Shown here piece by piece: positions 62,057 to 64,000 of a stretch of 64,000 nucleotides of DNA (position 1 is its first letter; every line of letters starts with the position of its first letter). The notes under the pieces are model-generated. The model did no database searches. It had not been told where the DNA came from and saw only the letters and a list, made by a program, of their open reading frames with translations. The position numbers and the translations under genes were made by a program. The DNA lies in the IMG/VR virus record IMGVR_UViG_3300028151_000001, positions 6,095 to 70,094 of that record. One strand, given 5' to 3'. This stretch comes from a virus.

Positions 62057-62683
62057 TTAATAAACTAAGAAAGTTGTAGTGATATTACCTGCATTGCTGT
62101 CTAGCCTGAGAGCTTCTGCTTTTCGTTCTAGTGCCTTAACCACAAAAGGCTTTACGTAGTCTTCCTTGGAATAGTCATAAGCGGCCTCCAGTATAATGTC
62201 CACCTTTTCTTGTTGCCATACTCTATGAGCCTCTTCTGGCGTGTAGAAAGAACCTAAGCATTTTCTCACGCCTTTATAATTTATTTCAGAGACATACCGG
62301 CGAACTCTATCATCTTTATAGACAACACCAAGAGGGCAATCTTGTTTTCTAGACTGAGTGTGTAGTAACGAGTTTAACCAATCTGGAACCATTACGCAAG
62401 TATCTTTTGAATATTCCTTGTTGTTAGGTACAAGGATATCTTTATCGACCTGAGCGCCATTAAAGAATTCAATGTCGTACCACGATTTGTACTCACTAAA
62501 ACCCCACCAATCCTCGCTTGTCACACATTCTTTGTAAGTAGGTCTAGAGATATGGGTAGATTCATCATAACATCTGCGCAACATAGAGAACCAATTTGCA
62601 TAAGACTTTATGATTTTGTTGTTCTCCTTAACCTTACCACTCCAATCATTAACACCCACACCATATACTAGCTTATTTCTCAT
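62057..62683 (-). CDS. HNH-type homing endonuclease with AP2-like C-terminus
   Basis: YGVGVND...WFSMLRRCY...PTY..C...VDKDIL...NK.YS.DTC; paralog of 2366 and 23406. Confidence 0.8.
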   Translation of the reverse strand: MRNKLVYGVGVNDWSGKVKENNKIIKSYANWFSMLRRCYDESTHISRPTYKECVTSEDWWGFSEYKSWYDIEFFNGAQVDKDILVPNNKEYSKDTCVMVPDWLNSLLHTQSRKQDCPLGVVYKDDRVRRYVSEINYKGVRKCLGSFYTPEEAHRVWQQEKVDIILEAAYDYSKEDYVKPFVVKALERKAEALRLDSNAGNITTTFLVY

Positions 62684-62685
62684 AT

Positions 62686-63609
62686 TTACCCTGCAATATT
62701 TGACAATAAGGAGTCTCTCTTATCTTTGGTCAAGAGATTCACTCGGCTGCGACGTTGAACACCAGTGACTTTGTTGCGATACCTTTGATACTTACCAATG
62801 TTGGAATAGTGGAAACCATCTTTCTCCCATACTGACATATCAAGAATTTCATCTACATAAACATCAAAGTTAGGTAACGTATTGTCCCAGCTGCTGAGCA
62901 GATCGTAGAGTTCTTCGAGGCTAAGGACGTCATTCACATTATAGAGTTTCATCTCAGCCCAAGCTTCTGGGTTGTTCTTCATGCACTCAGACCAAAGATG
63001 GTGTCCTGCAAACTTCCCGTGTTCAAGTTTCTTATGTGTGGTACACAGTTTATCTGTTAGGTAAGCTAATCGATTTGAGGTAAAACCAAACTGAGCTTTA
63101 GCAATATTCAGAGTGTCAATCTGTCGATACGTACTAGGTTTAGGGTATCCATTCAAAACTAGACGGGCTGCTATCTTTTTTGTATCGAAGCGCTTACTGT
63201 TCTGACCAACAACTACATCAGCTTCATTAAGCAACTTCCAAAGATTACCGAGAAGTTTACTATCATCTTCAAAGTCATCAGACCCTTGAAGGTCTTCGTA
63301 AATAACTTCATCTGAACCTTTCCACTTGGCACAGTATGACAGGATTGACCAATCTTCTTGAATCTGATTCAAACCTACGTTCTGATCAAACAGTCGCCAA
63401 ACATGTGCAAGAATCGGTTTTGTTTCAATGTCAATAAATAGAATCTTGGGGCCCTTAACTTCAGGTGCTTGAAGCACTAAAGCTTCTTTCTTATTGCGGG
63501 TGAATAAGTCATTAATGGTACTCTTACCTTTACCAAGCATCTTTGCAATAGCTCGGCTAGACAAGCCTTGTTCTTTGAGAACATATGCATCTTTCTTCCA
63601 GTCAATCAC
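62686..63609 (-). CDS. DnaQ/RNase H-like 3'-5' exonuclease with N-terminal HTH
   Basis: FIDIET, GQN..RFD, IDTL, YN.NDV..LE DEDD motifs; GLSSRAIAKMLG HTH. Confidence 0.82.
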   Translation of the reverse strand: MIDWKKDAYVLKEQGLSSRAIAKMLGKGKSTINDLFTRNKKEALVLQAPEVKGPKILFIDIETKPILAHVWRLFDQNVGLNQIQEDWSILSYCAKWKGSDEVIYEDLQGSDDFEDDSKLLGNLWKLLNEADVVVGQNSKRFDTKKIAARLVLNGYPKPSTYRQIDTLNIAKAQFGFTSNRLAYLTDKLCTTHKKLEHGKFAGHHLWSECMKNNPEAWAEMKLYNVNDVLSLEELYDLLSSWDNTLPNFDVYVDEILDMSVWEKDGFHYSNIGKYQRYRNKVTGVQRRSRVNLLTKDKRDSLLSNIAG

Positions 63610-63848
63610 TCCACTTTCCCCTTCATCTCAATAATAATTTTATACAAATCAGAATTCATCTGTAAAATTGTGTCCAATGTCTCTTGCTTCTGCCATACAC
63701 TCATTGTGCAGAACTGCTCACTAATCACTTGATTCCTTTCATTCCACTCAGCCACCAACATATCCTGAGCTTCCTTGTATGTTAGCTCTTTAGTTTCTTG
63801 AACACTTACTTTCTTAACACACTTAGGAAACTCAAGAATAATGCTCAT
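63606..63848 (-). CDS. hypothetical protein
   Basis: ORF track. Confidence 0.65.
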   Translation of the reverse strand: MSIILEFPKCVKKVSVQETKELTYKEAQDMLVAEWNERNQVISEQFCTMSVWQKQETLDTILQMNSDLYKIIIEMKGKVE

Positions 63849-64000
63849 AGCTAATTCCCTACAATTTGATTAACGAAGATTGAATAATGGACACTGAATT
63901 CCACAATCAATTGCCACATTGTGTAGTCTTTGAAAATGTTCATTTAAATTCCTCAAGAAACTTATTGATTATTTCATTATCGTTGTATCCGCATCGACCT

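Noticed and set aside
1-64000. Stop-codon reassignment, integrase or lysogeny module, CRISPR array
   Set aside because: Known genes translate full-length in the standard code; no recombinase, repressor pair or repeat-spacer array was seen

Overview
A 64-kb segment of a lytic dsDNA myovirus (contractile tail) of a Gram-negative host, inferred from its two-component spanins. Organisation resembles Felix-O1/PAK_P1-type ~90-kb myoviruses; this is an inference and no database was searched. There are four transcription blocks. (1) Plus-strand small genes at 1-3091, followed by a ~770-bp non-coding convergence gap. (2) Minus-strand accessory, repair and metabolism genes at 3859-19512 (Pnk, RNA ligase 1, DNA ligase, dCMP deaminase, N6-adenine MTase, ClpP-like, PhoH). 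(3) A plus-strand block at 19852-53264: an uncharacterised family-A-polymerase-like gene, a ~1.1-kb ORF-free highly structured RNA region with tRNA-like elements, then packaging, head, tail, baseplate, receptor-binding and lysis genes. (4) Minus-strand helicase-like and nucleotide-metabolism genes at 53464-63848 (class II NrdJ, ThyX, MazG-like, HAD nucleotidase, dATP/dGTP diphosphohydrolase-like, DnaQ-like exonuclease). Seven free-standing homing-endonuclease-like loci are present, one split by a 17-bp tandem duplication. No CRISPR array, integrase, rRNA or intact canonical tRNA was seen. The best candidate for an undescribed system is the 19.5-22.9 kb locus: a minimal PolA/T7-RNAP-like enzyme, an MqsA-type zinc finger and a structured ncRNA cluster containing tRNA-elbow mimics and anti-Shine-Dalgarno hairpins. 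Solo antitoxin-like domains (Xre/ParS, MqsA) are candidate anti-defence factors.
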